DNA of 64,000 nt from an uncultured Gemmatimonadaceae bacterium (GCA_964410055.1 CAYPGK010000004.1:2831-66830), one strand, 5' to 3'; shown: positions 1 through 11,959, numbered from the stretch's first letter. The notes: generated from the sequence alone by a model not told the origin. Program-made: numbers and translations.

Positions 1-689
1 GCCGCCCACGCGGGCGTGATCAGCGCGGCGGGCGGCTCTTGTTCGGGCGAGAGCGGCGGAAAGCCAATCTCGATGGCTATGATCCGCCCGCACGCCGGGC
101 GACCCGGCTGGAAGAAGAGTCCGAGCTTCGGCCAGCCGAAGGTCACCGTGACAGCTGCGGACACGACGTCGCCCGGGACCTGGCCCGTCGTCGAATCCAG
201 GCCGGACGGCAGGTCCAGCGCCACGACCGGGCGGCCGCTCGCGTTCAGCGCGCGGATCGCCTCCGCCGCCCGGCCACGGGGCGCGCCGGACGCACCGGTC
301 CCCAGGATGCCGTCGACCAGCACCTCCGCACCCGCGACCGCCGCGGTCAGCTCTTCGAAGGGAAGAAAGGGGACGTCGTGGCCATGGGTGAGACCGGGGT
401 CGGGCTCTCGCGAGCCCGCGGCGACTGCGGCGACTTCCCTGCCCCACGCCCGGAGCGTCCTGAGCAGGACGAGCCCGTCGCCTCCGTTGTTCCCGCTCCC
501 CACCACCGCCACCACCCGCCCCCGCGGGTACAGCCGGTCGAGGATCAGGGCGGCGGACCTGCCGGCATCCTCCATGAGCACCCGCTCGGGGACGCCGTGG
601 CGCTCGCGCGCCTCACGGTCGAGCGCCGCCGCCTGTGCGGCGGACCAGACGGCCACGTACTCGCGGCCGAAAACGTCGCGCTCCGTCAC
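1..689 (-). CDS. nnr: NAD(P)H-hydrate epimerase (YjeF N-terminal domain; probably bifunctional Nnr), C-terminal part beyond window edge
   Basis: Own translation of the minus strand from GTG at 689: VTERDVFGREYVAVWSAAQAAALDREARERHGVPERVLMEDAGRSAA...VVGSGNNGGDGLVLL...; GxGNNGGDG is the YjeF_N signature. The frame stays open to position 1, so it is absent from the ORF track. Confidence 0.8.
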   Translation of the reverse strand, partial: MTERDVFGREYVAVWSAAQAAALDREARERHGVPERVLMEDAGRSAALILDRLYPRGRVVAVVGSGNNGGDGLVLLRTLRAWGREVAAVAAGSREPDPGLTHGHDVPFLPFEELTAAVAGAEVLVDGILGTGASGAPRGRAAEAIRALNASGRPVVALDLPSGLDSTTGQVPGDVVSAAVTVTFGWPKLGLFFQPGRPACGRIIAIEIGFPPLSPEQEPPAALITPAWA

Positions 690-713
690 CAGAGGCCGGC
701 CGGTCCGTTGTGG

Positions 714-914
714 TTACTTGTAGCTCTGCCCGATCGTGCGGCCGAAGCTGATCTCGCCGTTGTCGATCCGGATGTTGAAGCCACACTCCGGATTGGAGCA
801 GACCCACGCCTTGAATGTGATCGGCGCTCCGTCGCGACCGTAGTCGGAGAGCGGGAGCATCGTCCCTTCACCACATTTGCGACACGTGGGGTACTGCGTC
901 TCTGCCGGCGTCAT
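714..914 (-). CDS. small zinc-ribbon protein (hypothetical)
   Basis: 66 aa ORF with two Cys pairs (C11-x2-C14 and C39-x4-C44). Composition is unlike the GC shadow ORFs. It lies 24 nt upstream of nnr on the same strand. Confidence 0.6.
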   Translation of the reverse strand: MTPAETQYPTCRKCGEGTMLPLSDYGRDGAPITFKAWVCSNPECGFNIRIDNGEISFGRTIGQSYK

Positions 915-997
915 TCAACCCCCTCCCTCAGTAGGGACACCGAGGGCCCGCAGCCCATCCCGGCCCGGCCCATCACCAACCACCACGAGTGCGGGCG

Positions 998-3019
998 CTA
1001 GCGCAAGGCACGTTCCACGGACGCCCTTGCAGCCCCACACGTCGGACACGATGCAAACGCCACCCTGCGAAGCAGATAGTCCTGGATCGCGGACACGAAT
1101 GCCGCGTGGCTCCAGGTCAGGGGACTGACGGAGAGCGGCGCGCCGGAGAACGGGTGGAGCTGCTCGGGGAGCAGCCCGCCCGAGGTCGCGTGGTTGGCGA
1201 CCCATTCGAGCGGCTCGAGCGCCGCGTCCAGCTCTTCCGGGGTTGCCGCGCGCGCCATGCGCCAGCGCGCGTGCCAGCATTGGGCGATGAACCAGGGGTT
1301 GCCGGGCACGCGCTCCCAGTCCCGACTGACGGCATGATAATAATCTCCGCGGTATCGGGCCAGTCCGCCGACCTCGGTCCGGACCGTGAGCGCGTCGACG
1401 ACGGCGTCGAGCGTGGCGACGAGTCGAGGGTCATCGGCCTCGAGGAAGCCGAGGAAGTGCAGGCCGAATAGGGAGCTGTCGGGCGTCGCATCGCGCCCGG
1501 GCGGGGCGCCCTCCTCCTCGGGCGGCACGAGCATGCGGAGGAACCGGCCCTCTTCCTCGTCCCAGAGATGGCAGAGCACGCCCTGCCGGACCTCCTCGGC
1601 GGCGCGCCCGTATTCGACGGCCCGGTCCACGTCGCCGAAGGCGTGGGCGAAGCGGGCGGCCGCATCCAGGCCGGCCCAGACCGTGGCGCAAGTGAAGGTC
1701 AGCACGCCACGGCGCTCCTCCCAGAGGTCCCAGGACGGGAGCGGCAGCCCTGTCTCCGGGTCGCGGTAGGCCGCCATGAAGTCCGCCGCGCGCACGATGA
1801 ACGATCGGTAGAGCGGCTGGATCTCCTCCACGCCGCGGTAGCGGTCGAAGTGGCGCCAGAGCGCCCAGAGCACGAGCGCCGTCTCGTCCTCCTGGATCGG
1901 CAGCACCTTCCTGCCTCGCGCGTCCACCCACGGGTGCCAGGAGGAGGCGAGCGAGCGGTCCGGGTTGTACTTGTGCAGGAAGTACCCCTCGCGCTTGACG
2001 AGGTGGCCCGCGAAGTCGAAAAACCGCTGCGCGAGAGACGGATAGCCGGCGCGGCTCAGCGCGTCGGCGATCAGCGCCCCATCTCGCGGCCACATGTACG
2101 CGTAGGTGTCGCGCGCCATGTGGGTAATGTCCGAGTCGGTCGCCGCGATGATCGCGCCGCCCTCGTCCACGTGCGTCCGCATGACGAGCAGGCTCGTCTT
2201 GTAGAGCGAGACGATCCGGTCGGGGAGCCCGCTGTCGACCTCGTGCTTCTCGACCCAGAGCCGCCAGTAGCTCGCGGTCCGCTCGAGCAGCGTGGCCGGC
2301 CCCTCGTGACGGACGATAGAGCACAGCTCGAGGACGTCGCCGTAACGCTCGCCGGCCGCAATCCAGTAGTAGGCGACGGTCTCGCCCGACGGCTCGACCT
2401 CCAGCTCGATCGAGACCGTCGAGTCGACCGAGCCCTGCGCGATGGGGTTGCCGCTCAGGATGCCGTCGCCTTCGGCGTCGCGCCACGTGCCCTCGGCTCC
2501 GCCGACCCGCTTCTTCCCCGTCGAAAATCGCGAGAGCCGGTAGTCGGGCGCAGAGCCGCCGCCGATCAGGAAGTAGCGGTCGCGCTTGTAGTGGATGATC
2601 GCGTCGACCTCGGGGTCGTAGAGCGCGGTGTCGCCCACGTCGGTCCCCGAGATGTGGAAGTCGTGGTGCAGGAAGATGCGGACCTGTCTCTTCGCGCCGC
2701 GCGTGTCGCGAACCCGGAACTCGCGGCAGAAGACGTCGGTCTCGAAGTCGACCGCGTCGCGGCAGCGTACCTCGATCCCGAGCCCGCGATGCCGCAGGAG
2801 GACGTTGCCGACCAGCGTGCCCTCGTGGTAGCCGATCTCGCGGTCCCACGTCTCGTCGATCCAGTGGGTCTCGCCGTCGACCCAGACGCCGAACCGGAAC
2901 ACGTGCCCATCGGTGTGATTCTCGATCCCGATGTGCGGGTAGTAGATGTCCCGGATCCGGTAGAATTCGTCGAGATTGATCAGGTACCGGCCGTTGCCGA
3001 AGACGAGGAACCTTGCCAT
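998..3019 (-). CDS. glycoside hydrolase family 15 protein (glucoamylase/trehalase-like)
   Basis: 673 aa ORF with an N-terminal beta-sandwich region followed by a long C-terminal region rich in W/Y/D/E, as in the alpha/alpha-barrel of GH15 enzymes. Assigned from overall resemblance to GH15 glucoamylase/trehalase-like proteins. Confidence 0.8.
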   Translation of the reverse strand: MARFLVFGNGRYLINLDEFYRIRDIYYPHIGIENHTDGHVFRFGVWVDGETHWIDETWDREIGYHEGTLVGNVLLRHRGLGIEVRCRDAVDFETDVFCREFRVRDTRGAKRQVRIFLHHDFHISGTDVGDTALYDPEVDAIIHYKRDRYFLIGGGSAPDYRLSRFSTGKKRVGGAEGTWRDAEGDGILSGNPIAQGSVDSTVSIELEVEPSGETVAYYWIAAGERYGDVLELCSIVRHEGPATLLERTASYWRLWVEKHEVDSGLPDRIVSLYKTSLLVMRTHVDEGGAIIAATDSDITHMARDTYAYMWPRDGALIADALSRAGYPSLAQRFFDFAGHLVKREGYFLHKYNPDRSLASSWHPWVDARGRKVLPIQEDETALVLWALWRHFDRYRGVEEIQPLYRSFIVRAADFMAAYRDPETGLPLPSWDLWEERRGVLTFTCATVWAGLDAAARFAHAFGDVDRAVEYGRAAEEVRQGVLCHLWDEEEGRFLRMLVPPEEEGAPPGRDATPDSSLFGLHFLGFLEADDPRLVATLDAVVDALTVRTEVGGLARYRGDYYHAVSRDWERVPGNPWFIAQCWHARWRMARAATPEELDAALEPLEWVANHATSGGLLPEQLHPFSGAPLSVSPLTWSHAAFVSAIQDYLLRRVAFASCPTCGAARASVERALR

Positions 3020-3142
3020 GCGGCTACCACCGGGACTTCACGGCGGGCGGCGCGTCGGACCGCGCGCCGCGGCGGGGCGGGTGCTGCAGAGGTTGGGAAG
3101 GCGCGCCGTCCGGCGCCGCGTCGCTCCCCGTCATCGTGCCGC

Positions 3143-3526
3143 TCATTTGAGGTCGGCTCCCCACGGGTAGTCCCGTTCGAAGGCCTGTTCGAAGTCGAAG
3201 ACGTCGGCGAAGTCCTCGGGCGAATCCTCGGGCTGCTTGATGAGGACTCCGCAATCGACGAGGGCGAAGACCATGTCGCCGAAGTCCCTCGTCGACTGTA
3301 TGCCCCAGTACTCCAGCACCGTTCGGGCCATGGGGCCGAAGCGCTCGATCGCGAGATCGCGGATCCCTTCGGCCAGCTCGCGCCCGCTGATGTGGCGCGG
3401 CTCCGGCAGCTTCTCGATCACGTGATGCAGCGCCGAGAGCACGAACAGATAGGCGGTCTCGTGGAATCGCGGATGCCGCTCCCGCAAGCGGTCCATCACC
3501 TCTTCATCGAAGATGGCGTTGCTCAT
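3143..3526 (-). CDS. conserved hypothetical protein (resembles the Minf_1886-type small protein family)
   Basis: 127 aa ORF with balanced composition (MSNAIFDEEVMDRLRERHPRFHETAYLFVLSALHHVIEKL...). It lies 15 nt downstream of lon. The family assignment is from memory only. Confidence 0.55.
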   Translation of the reverse strand: MSNAIFDEEVMDRLRERHPRFHETAYLFVLSALHHVIEKLPEPRHISGRELAEGIRDLAIERFGPMARTVLEYWGIQSTRDFGDMVFALVDCGVLIKQPEDSPEDFADVFDFEQAFERDYPWGADLK

Positions 3527-3541
3527 CGTCTCTCGAAGGGA

Positions 3542-5935
3542 TCAGGATGCGGCCAGTCGGACTCTGTCGTCTCCGCGGGCGGAGTCGCCCGCGAGCGCGG
3601 TGTCGATAGCTTGCGCAACATCTTCCAGGAGAACGAATTGCACGTGCTCTCTCACTTCGTCGGGTACCTCGGCGAGGTCCGGTTCGTTCCGCTTCGGCAG
3701 CAGCACGGTCCGGATCCCGGCCTGTGCGGCAGCGATCAGCTTTTCCTTCGCACCGCCGACCGGAAGGACGTGTCCGCGCAGCGTGACCTCGCCCGTCATC
3801 GCGACATCGCGGCGGACCGGCCGGCCGGAGAAGAGTGAGGCCAGGGCGACGACCATGGCCACTCCGGCCGAGGGTCCGTCCTTGGGCGTTGCGCCGGTCG
3901 GGACGTGGACGTGGACGTCACGTTCCGCGAAGCGGTCGGCGGCGATGCCGAGCCGGTCCGCGTGGGAGCGGACGTAGCTGTAGGCGGCCTGCGCGGACTC
4001 CTTCATCACGTCGCCGAGGTGGCCGGTCAGGCGGATGCGGCCCTCGCCCGGCACGGATACGGCCTCCACGAAGAGAATCTGGCCGCCCGCGGGCGTGAAC
4101 GCCAGAGCCGTCGCGGTTCCGACCTCGTCCTGGCGGCCGGCGAGCTCCTGCTCGAAGCGCCGCTTGCCGGCGAACTGCTCCAGATCGGCCTCGGTGATGC
4201 GGACCGTCTCGGCCGTGTTGGTCTCGACGCGGCGCAGCGCGATCTTGCGCATGATGCGCGCGATCTGGCGTTCGAGCTCGCGGACGCCGGCCTCGCGGGT
4301 GTAGCCGTCGATCAGGCGACGGAGCGCGTCGTCCTCGATCTCGACCGAGCCGGGCTCGAGTCCGGCGGCCGAGAGCTGGCGCGGGATCTGGTGGCGGCGT
4401 GCGATCTGGAACTTCTCGTTCGCGGTGTAGCCGGGCAGCTCGAGCACCTCGAGGCGGTCCTGGAGCGCGGGCGGCACCGAGGCGAGCGTGTTCGCGGTCG
4501 CGATGAAGAGCACCCTCGAGAGGTCGAAGGGGACCTCGAGGTAGTGGTCGGAGAAGGTGTGGTTCTGCGCCGGGTCGAGCACCTCGAGGAGCGCGGCGGT
4601 CGGATCGCCCCGGAAGTCGTGGCCGACCTTGTCGATCTCGTCGAGCATGAAGACGGGGTCGCGCACGCCGGCCTGGCGGATGCCGCGCACGATGCGCCCG
4701 GGCAGCGCGCCGATGTAGGTGCGCCTGTGGCCGCGGATCTCCGCCTCGTCCCGGATCCCGCCCAACGACATGCGGGTGAACTGCCGGCCCAGCGCCTCGG
4801 CGATGCTCCGGCCGAGCGACGTCTTCCCCACCCCCGGCGGCCCGACGAAGCACAGGATCGGCCCCTTCTGCTCCGGGTTCAGCTTGCGGACGGCCAGGAA
4901 CTCGACGAGCCGCTCCTTGATGTCGTCCAGGTCGTAGTGGTCGCGGTCGAGGACCTCTCTTGCGTGCTTGAGGTCGATCGTCCCGCCGCTCTCGCGCGAC
5001 CACGGCATCTCGACCAGCCACTCGAGGTAGCCGCGGATGATGTGGTAGTCCGGCGCCTGCTCGAGGGTGCGCTCGAGCCGACGCAGCTCGCGCTCGGCCT
5101 GTTCGCGCACGGCGTCGGGCATCCCCGCGGCTTCGATCCGGCGCCGGAACATATCGGCGTCGCTCTCGCCGTCCTCGCCCAGCTCCTGCTGGATGACCTT
5201 CATCTGCTCGCGCAGCCAGAACTCCTTCTGCGTCCGCTCGACCTCGTCTTTGAGCTTCTGCTGGAGCTCGGAGCCGTACTCGAGGACCTTCTGCTCCTCC
5301 TTGAGAATCGTGGCGAGCTGCTCGAGGCGGGCGGAAACGCTCGCTTCCTCCAGGAGCCGCTGCTTGCGCTCGACGTCGAGCGCGAGGTGCGCGCCGATGA
5401 AGTCGGCGAGCTGGCCCGCGTCCGAGATGTGCGCCAGGAGCTGCTTGATCTCGTCCGAGCCCTGGGGGAGCAGCGAGGCGATCTCCTCGAACTGCCCGAC
5501 CACGATGCGCTGGAGCGCCTGGACCCGGATCTGGTCCTCTTCGGCCGCGGGGACCTCCTCGACCGCGGCGGACCAGACGCCCTCCTCCTGGCGGAAGTCC
5601 GACAGGCGCAGCCGCGTGCGCCCCTGGATCAGGACGCGCAGGCTCGCGTCCGGCAGCGTGACGTGCTGGAGGATGAAGCCGAGCGTTCCTACGGAGTAGA
5701 AGGGCGGCTCGTCGCCCGGGCCCTCGGCCGGGTCGCGGCCGGGGCGGACCGTGACGAGCGCGATCCGCTTGCTCCCGACCGCGGCCGCGCCGACCACCTT
5801 GATCACCGGCGCTTCGGTCACCGCGAGCGGGATCAGGATGTGCGGGAAGACGACGGCGCCCACGAGAGGCAGGACCGGCAGCCGCTCCGGGATGCGTCCG
5901 TCTTCGGTGGTGCCCGTGAGCTGCTCGTTCGACAT
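3542..5935 (-). CDS. lon: ATP-dependent Lon protease
   Basis: Walker A GPPGVGKTS, LON substrate-binding N-domain (LPVLPLVGAVVFPH) and the protease Ser motif PKDGPSAGVAM. I place the start at ATG 5935 (MSNEQL...). The track start at 6004 is a TTG lying inside the glyA terminator hairpin. Confidence 0.95.
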   Translation of the reverse strand: MSNEQLTGTTEDGRIPERLPVLPLVGAVVFPHILIPLAVTEAPVIKVVGAAAVGSKRIALVTVRPGRDPAEGPGDEPPFYSVGTLGFILQHVTLPDASLRVLIQGRTRLRLSDFRQEEGVWSAAVEEVPAAEEDQIRVQALQRIVVGQFEEIASLLPQGSDEIKQLLAHISDAGQLADFIGAHLALDVERKQRLLEEASVSARLEQLATILKEEQKVLEYGSELQQKLKDEVERTQKEFWLREQMKVIQQELGEDGESDADMFRRRIEAAGMPDAVREQAERELRRLERTLEQAPDYHIIRGYLEWLVEMPWSRESGGTIDLKHAREVLDRDHYDLDDIKERLVEFLAVRKLNPEQKGPILCFVGPPGVGKTSLGRSIAEALGRQFTRMSLGGIRDEAEIRGHRRTYIGALPGRIVRGIRQAGVRDPVFMLDEIDKVGHDFRGDPTAALLEVLDPAQNHTFSDHYLEVPFDLSRVLFIATANTLASVPPALQDRLEVLELPGYTANEKFQIARRHQIPRQLSAAGLEPGSVEIEDDALRRLIDGYTREAGVRELERQIARIMRKIALRRVETNTAETVRITEADLEQFAGKRRFEQELAGRQDEVGTATALAFTPAGGQILFVEAVSVPGEGRIRLTGHLGDVMKESAQAAYSYVRSHADRLGIAADRFAERDVHVHVPTGATPKDGPSAGVAMVVALASLFSGRPVRRDVAMTGEVTLRGHVLPVGGAKEKLIAAAQAGIRTVLLPKRNEPDLAEVPDEVREHVQFVLLEDVAQAIDTALAGDSARGDDRVRLAAS

Positions 5936-5958
5936 CGTCCGCCTTCTCGACGGGGCGG

Positions 5959-5993
5959 TGGAAATGACAGAGCCGGCCACATGGCCGGCTCTG
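5959..5993 (-). terminator. hairpin downstream of glyA (probable intrinsic terminator)
   Basis: Perfect inverted repeat CAGAGCCGGCCA / TGGCCGGCTCTG (5968-5993) with a 2-nt centre. On the minus strand it is followed by TCATTTCC. It starts 33 nt after the glyA stop. Confidence 0.5.
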
Positions 5994-6025
5994 ATTTCAT
6001 GCAAGTTCCCCGCCGCGGGCGGTCT

Positions 6026-7294
<1,269 letters not shown>

Positions 7295-7345
7295 GGTCTT
7301 GGTCTCAATCCGATCGAAATTCAGCGGCGCGCGCGGCGCGCCGGG

Positions 7346-8401
7346 TCATACCCAGGTCCGCTGGACCTGCGCGACCTGCTCGATGCGCCGCTCGGCGACG
7401 CGGTCGGCGGCCTGATAGGTCGGGATTCCCTGCTCCTTGGCCAGCTCGAAGATCTGGCCGAGCGTGTCGTAGATCTCGCCCGCCTTGCGCTGCGCCCGCT
7501 CACGGGTCCAGCCGTTCAGCTCGCCGTAGACATTGATCAGCCCACCGGCGTTGATCACGTAGTCGGGCGCGTAGAGGATGCCGCGCTCCTCGATGGCGTC
7601 GCCGTGGCGCTCCTCGGCGAGCTGGTTGTTCGCCGAGCCGGCGATGATCTCGAACTTGAACTGCGGGATCGTCTCGTCGTTGATGACGGCGCCGAGCGCG
7701 CACGGCGCGAAGACCTGCGCCTCGACGCTGTAGATCCGCTCGGGGCCGACCGGCTCGGCGCCGAACTCGCGCACGACCTCCTGGACGCGCTCCTCGTCGA
7801 TGTCGGTGACGATCAGCTTGGCGCCCTCCTCGGCCAGCAGTTGGCAGAGGTGGTAGCCGACGTGGCCGAGCCCCTGGACGGCGATGCGCATCCCGTCGAG
7901 CGAGTCGCTGCCGTAGCGCTCTTTGGCGCACGCCTTGATGCCGCGGTAGGTGCCGTAGGCCGTCACGGGCGAGGGGTCGCCGCTCTTGTGGGCGATCCCG
8001 GTCACGTACTCCGTCTCCATGTGGACGTAGTCCATGTCGTCGGTGCTGGTGCCGACGTCCTCGGCGGTGATGTAGCGGCCCTTGAGCGACTCGACGAAGC
8101 GGCCGTGCGCGCGGAAGAGCGCCTCGCGGTTCGGCGTCTTGGGGTCGCCGATGATCACGGCCTTGCCGCCGCCCAGGTTGAGCCCGGTCACGGCGGCCTT
8201 GTAGGTCATGCCGCGGGAAAGACGGAGGGCATCGATGAGGGCTTCCTCATCCGACTTGTAGTTCCAGAAGCGCACCCCGCCCAGCGCCGGGCCGAGGGTC
8301 GTGTCGTGGATGGCGATGATCCCCTTGTAGCCGGCGGCCGGCTCGTAACAGAAGACGACCTGCTCGTGCTCGTATTCACCGATCCGCTCGAAAATCTCCA
8401 T
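7346..8401 (-). CDS. ldh: leucine dehydrogenase (Glu/Leu/Phe/Val dehydrogenase family)
   Basis: 351 aa; [36 protein letters not shown] and the Rossmann loop VQGLGHVG. Confidence 0.9.
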   Translation of the reverse strand: MEIFERIGEYEHEQVVFCYEPAAGYKGIIAIHDTTLGPALGGVRFWNYKSDEEALIDALRLSRGMTYKAAVTGLNLGGGKAVIIGDPKTPNREALFRAHGRFVESLKGRYITAEDVGTSTDDMDYVHMETEYVTGIAHKSGDPSPVTAYGTYRGIKACAKERYGSDSLDGMRIAVQGLGHVGYHLCQLLAEEGAKLIVTDIDEERVQEVVREFGAEPVGPERIYSVEAQVFAPCALGAVINDETIPQFKFEIIAGSANNQLAEERHGDAIEERGILYAPDYVINAGGLINVYGELNGWTRERAQRKAGEIYDTLGQIFELAKEQGIPTYQAADRVAERRIEQVAQVQRTWV

Positions 8402-8431
8402 GATCTCTCCCGGTAAGTTGTCTCGCGCCGG

Positions 8432-9532
8432 TCACGAGCGGTACAGCTCGCGCGCGATCACGACGCGCAGAATCTCGTTGGTGCCCTCGTAGATCTCGGT
8501 GGCCTTGGCATCGCGCATGAGCTTCTCGACCGGGTAGTCGCGCATGTAGCCGTAGCCGCCGTACACCTGGACGGCCTGGGTCGTGACCCACATGGCCGTC
8601 TCGCTCGCGAAGAGCTTGGCCATGGCCGACATACGCGTCGACGGAGCCTGCGCCGCGCGTCCGGTCAGCGCGCGGGCGGCGTCGACGCGGGTGGCCATGT
8701 CCGCGAGTTTGAACTGGATCCCTTCGAAGGTGTGCAGCTTCTGCCCGAACTGCTCGCGCTCGCCCGCGTAGCGGATGGCGTGCTCGAGCGCGGCGCGGGC
8801 GATCCCGACCGCCTGCGAGGCGATGCCGAGGCGGCCGAGGTCGAGCGACTCCATCGCGTAGTGGAATCCACGCGTCGGGTCGCCGAGGAGCGCGTCGGCC
8901 GGGAGCCGGACGTCGCGCAGCTCGACGGTCGCGACCTCGATCGGGCGCAGCCCCATCGTCGTCTCGACGCCGGTGACCTCGTACCCCGCACTGTCGGTCG
9001 GGACGAGGAAGAGGCCGATCTTTTCGTCGACCCGCGCGGCGACTACGGCGAGCCCGGCCAGGCGCGCGTTCGTCACCCACTTCTTGGTCCCCGTGAGGAC
9101 CCAGCCGTCGCCATCGCGCGTGGCGCGCGTCTGGAGCGAGGCGGCATCCGATCCGGCCTGCGGTTCGGAGAGCGCGAAGCAGCCGATCACCTCACCGGCG
9201 GCCAGGGGCGTGAGCCAGCGCTGCTTCTGCTCTTCGCTGCCGTGGCGCACGATCGCCTCGACCGCGAATGCGCTGTGGATCGAGACCGTCAGCGCGACCG
9301 ACGGCTCGCCCCACGCCAGCTCCTCGAGGACCGCGGCGTAGGTGGGCAGGTCGAACTCCATCCCGCCGTACGCCTCGGGGACGCGCATCCCGAAGAAGCC
9401 GAGCTCGGCCATCTGCGCGAAGACCGCGGGATCGAGCCTGCGCTCGCGGTCCCACGTCTCGACGTGCGGGCGCAGCTCGGCCTCGGCGAACTCCCGCGCC
9501 AGCGATCGGACCTGCTCCAGCTCTTCGTTCAT
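8432..9532 (-). CDS. acyl-CoA dehydrogenase
   Basis: 366 aa; ALSEPQAGSDAASL, KKWVTNA, and C-terminal QVYGGYGYMRDYPVEKLMRDAKATEIYEGTNEI. Confidence 0.92.
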   Translation of the reverse strand: MNEELEQVRSLAREFAEAELRPHVETWDRERRLDPAVFAQMAELGFFGMRVPEAYGGMEFDLPTYAAVLEELAWGEPSVALTVSIHSAFAVEAIVRHGSEEQKQRWLTPLAAGEVIGCFALSEPQAGSDAASLQTRATRDGDGWVLTGTKKWVTNARLAGLAVVAARVDEKIGLFLVPTDSAGYEVTGVETTMGLRPIEVATVELRDVRLPADALLGDPTRGFHYAMESLDLGRLGIASQAVGIARAALEHAIRYAGEREQFGQKLHTFEGIQFKLADMATRVDAARALTGRAAQAPSTRMSAMAKLFASETAMWVTTQAVQVYGGYGYMRDYPVEKLMRDAKATEIYEGTNEILRVVIARELYRS

Positions 9533-9539
9533 CGCGCCG

Positions 9540-10391
9540 TCATCCGTAGGAGTAGAAGCCCCGCCCCGTCTTACGGCCCAGCCACCCCGCCGCGACGTAC
9601 TTCCTGAGCAGCGGGCACGGGCGGTACTTGGAGTCGCCCAGGTCCCGGTGCAACACTTCCATGATCGACAGGCAGGTGTCCAGCCCGATCAGGTCCGCCA
9701 GAGCGAGCGGGCCCATCGGGTGGTTCATCCCGAGCTTCATGACGGTGTCGATCGCCTCCGCCTCGGCCACGCCCTCCATCAGGCAGTAGACCGCCTCGTT
9801 GATCATGGGCATGAGGATGCGGTTCGAGACGAAGCCGGGGAAATCGTTCGCCTCGACCGGCGTCTTGCCGAGCGCGCGCGACAGCTCCATGACCGTCGCC
9901 GTCGTCTCGTCCGAGGTCTGCAGCCCGCGGATCACCTCGACGAGTTGCATGACGGGCACTGGGTTCATGAAGTGCATCCCGATGACCTGCTCGGGGCGCC
10001 GGGTCGTGCGCGCGAGCTCCGTGATCGAGATCGACGACGTATTCGACGCCAGGATTGCACCGGGCCCGGTCCGCTCGTCCAGCTCGCGGAAGATCTCGGC
10101 CTTCATCTCCAGCTTCTCGGGCACGGCCTCGACCACGAGGTCTGCGTCGGCCGCGGCATCGAGCCCCGTCGACGTGCGGAGCCGGCCCAGCGTCGCCTCC
10201 TTCGCCGCCGGCTCGAGCGTGCCCTTCTTGATCTGACGGTCCAGATTCGCGGCGATCGTCTGGACCGCGCGCTCGAGACGGTCCGCGGCCACGTCGACCA
10301 GGACCGTTTCGTATCCGTGCTGGGCGAAGACGTGGGCGATCCCGTTGCCCATCGTGCCTCCGCCGATCACCGCCACCCGACGAACATCCAC
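9540..10391 (-). CDS. hbd: 3-hydroxybutyryl-CoA / 3-hydroxyacyl-CoA dehydrogenase
   Basis: N-terminal [14 protein letters not shown] Rossmann motif and [15 protein letters not shown] trimmed the start to GTG 10391, which is preceded by GAGGAGG 9 nt upstream. The longer track ORF overlaps the upstream CPBP gene. Confidence 0.9.
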   Translation of the reverse strand: MDVRRVAVIGGGTMGNGIAHVFAQHGYETVLVDVAADRLERAVQTIAANLDRQIKKGTLEPAAKEATLGRLRTSTGLDAAADADLVVEAVPEKLEMKAEIFRELDERTGPGAILASNTSSISITELARTTRRPEQVIGMHFMNPVPVMQLVEVIRGLQTSDETTATVMELSRALGKTPVEANDFPGFVSNRILMPMINEAVYCLMEGVAEAEAIDTVMKLGMNHPMGPLALADLIGLDTCLSIMEVLHRDLGDSKYRPCPLLRKYVAAGWLGRKTGRGFYSYG

Positions 10392-10419
10392 GATCGATTT
10401 CCTCCTCGTCTCCAGGTAC

Positions 10420-11334
10420 TCAGGCCGCCGCCTTTCGGTCCACGAGCGGCGCGAGCTCGCGCATCTCCGGCGCCTCGTCCAGCCCGGGCAGGCGGAGCAC
10501 CGCCAGGAGCGCGAGCGCAAGGGCGGCCGTCGCGGCGATCCCGCCCTCGGGCCCGAACGTGCCGCCGGTGATCCAGTCCGGCCCCGTCTCCACCGCGTCG
10601 TAGAGCGGCGTGTCGAAGAACGAAAGGCCGCTCACCGGCAGGGCGAAGACCGACGCCATCGTCCAGTTCCAACCGACGTGCACGGCGGTCGCGAACCAGA
10701 GGCTGCGCGTGCGCAGATACGCGGCCGAGAGCATGACGCCGGCGAGGAAGATGTTGACCAGGCCGAACACGTTCACGTTCGGGTTCCAGACGTGCGCAAG
10801 TGCGAAGGCCGCACTCGCGAGCAGCGTCGCGGTCAGCGGGCCGATCGCCTGCACCAGCACCTGGAACGGGTAGCCGCGGAACGCCGCCTCCTCGAACGCC
10901 GCCGCCACGGAGAACGCGGCCAGGTCGAAGAGCAGGGTCCGGACGTACAGCCCCGCGGTCCCATCGTCCGCGCTGAAGGTGACCCACCCCAGCGCGGTCT
11001 GGGCGCCAATGGCCACGGCGATGACGCCGCCCCCGATCAGTAGCCCCGCCCAGGCCTCGCGGATGGTGCGCGACGTCCAGGCGAAGCCGAGCGCGCCCGG
11101 CCGCCTGCGGTCGACCGCCGCGAGCAGGATCCACCCGGCGCCGAGCGAGGCGAAGAGCGGCACGGCCTGCCAGAAGAGCGCGTCCTTCCCGGCTCCCGGC
11201 GGACCGAGCACCGTCAGGGCGGCGAGGGCCGCCGCGACGTAGAGGACGAAGCCGAGCGCGAAGAAGAGGAGGATCCTCCAGGGCGCTCGCAGCGTTCCGT
11301 CCGTGAAGAGGGCCGACCGCCAGCCGGAACCCAT
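10420..11334 (-). CDS. CPBP family intramembrane glutamic endopeptidase (CAAX protease-like)
   Basis: Polytopic 304 aa protein with EEAAFRGY (the EExxxR motif) and FALAH (the FxxxH motif). Confidence 0.8.
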   Translation of the reverse strand: MGSGWRSALFTDGTLRAPWRILLFFALGFVLYVAAALAALTVLGPPGAGKDALFWQAVPLFASLGAGWILLAAVDRRRPGALGFAWTSRTIREAWAGLLIGGGVIAVAIGAQTALGWVTFSADDGTAGLYVRTLLFDLAAFSVAAAFEEAAFRGYPFQVLVQAIGPLTATLLASAAFALAHVWNPNVNVFGLVNIFLAGVMLSAAYLRTRSLWFATAVHVGWNWTMASVFALPVSGLSFFDTPLYDAVETGPDWITGGTFGPEGGIAATAALALALLAVLRLPGLDEAPEMRELAPLVDRKAAA

Positions 11335-11356
11335 CGACGAAAAACCCTCGAGCCGG

Positions 11357-11959
11357 TTACACCAGCTCGAGGGTCCGGGTGCGCAGCCGCGCGGCGATGA
11401 GGAGCGCCGCGAGGATCTTGACGACGTCGCCTACGATGAACGGTACGACGCCGAGCGCGATCGCCGCAGCGGGATCGCCGGTAAGGATCGCGAGCTGCGC
11501 CGTGCCGCCGGCGAGGATCACGAGCGAGCCGGCCAGCAGCGCGAGGCCGAGCCGGGCCATGGAGGCGATGCGCCCGCCGTTCGACGCCGCGCGCCCCGCG
11601 AGCATGCCCGCGACCGCGGCCGCCGCCGGGAAGGCGAGCAGGTAGCCGCCCGTCGGGCCGAAGAGCCAGCCGATCCCCGCCGCGCCGCCGGAGAAGACGG
11701 GCGCGCCGAGCATCCCGGCCGCGAGGTACGTCGCCTGGGAGGCGGCGCCGAGGCGCGGGCCGAGGAGCGCACCTGCGAGCAGCACGACCATCGTCTGGAG
11801 CGTGACCGGCACCTGCGTCCCCGGGATCCACACGGCCACGTAGGCGCTGAGCGCGGTGAGCAGCGCGAAGGCGACCACCATCACGACGCGCCGAGCGGCG
11901 CGGTTCGCGATCACCTCGACCCCGGCGATCCTGCGGAGCTGTAGCACCAGATTCGTCAT
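11357..11959 (-). CDS. bioY: biotin transporter BioY
   Basis: About 200 aa hydrophobic protein resembling the BioY family (PVTLQTMVVLLAGALLGPRLG...GPTGGYLLAFP). The start is trimmed to ATG 11959, 2 nt after the thiolase stop. Confidence 0.8.
   Translation of the reverse strand: MTNLVLQLRRIAGVEVIANRAARRVVMVVAFALLTALSAYVAVWIPGTQVPVTLQTMVVLLAGALLGPRLGAASQATYLAAGMLGAPVFSGGAAGIGWLFGPTGGYLLAFPAAAAVAGMLAGRAASNGGRIASMARLGLALLAGSLVILAGGTAQLAILTGDPAAAIALGVVPFIVGDVVKILAALLIAARLRTRTLELV

Noticed and set aside
7296-7345. GC hairpin CGGCGCG-cgcgg-CGCGCCG between ldh and glyA as a terminator
   Set aside because: The stem is only 7 bp, of pure GC repeat-like sequence, with a weak T-run. This is indistinguishable from background in such GC-rich DNA.
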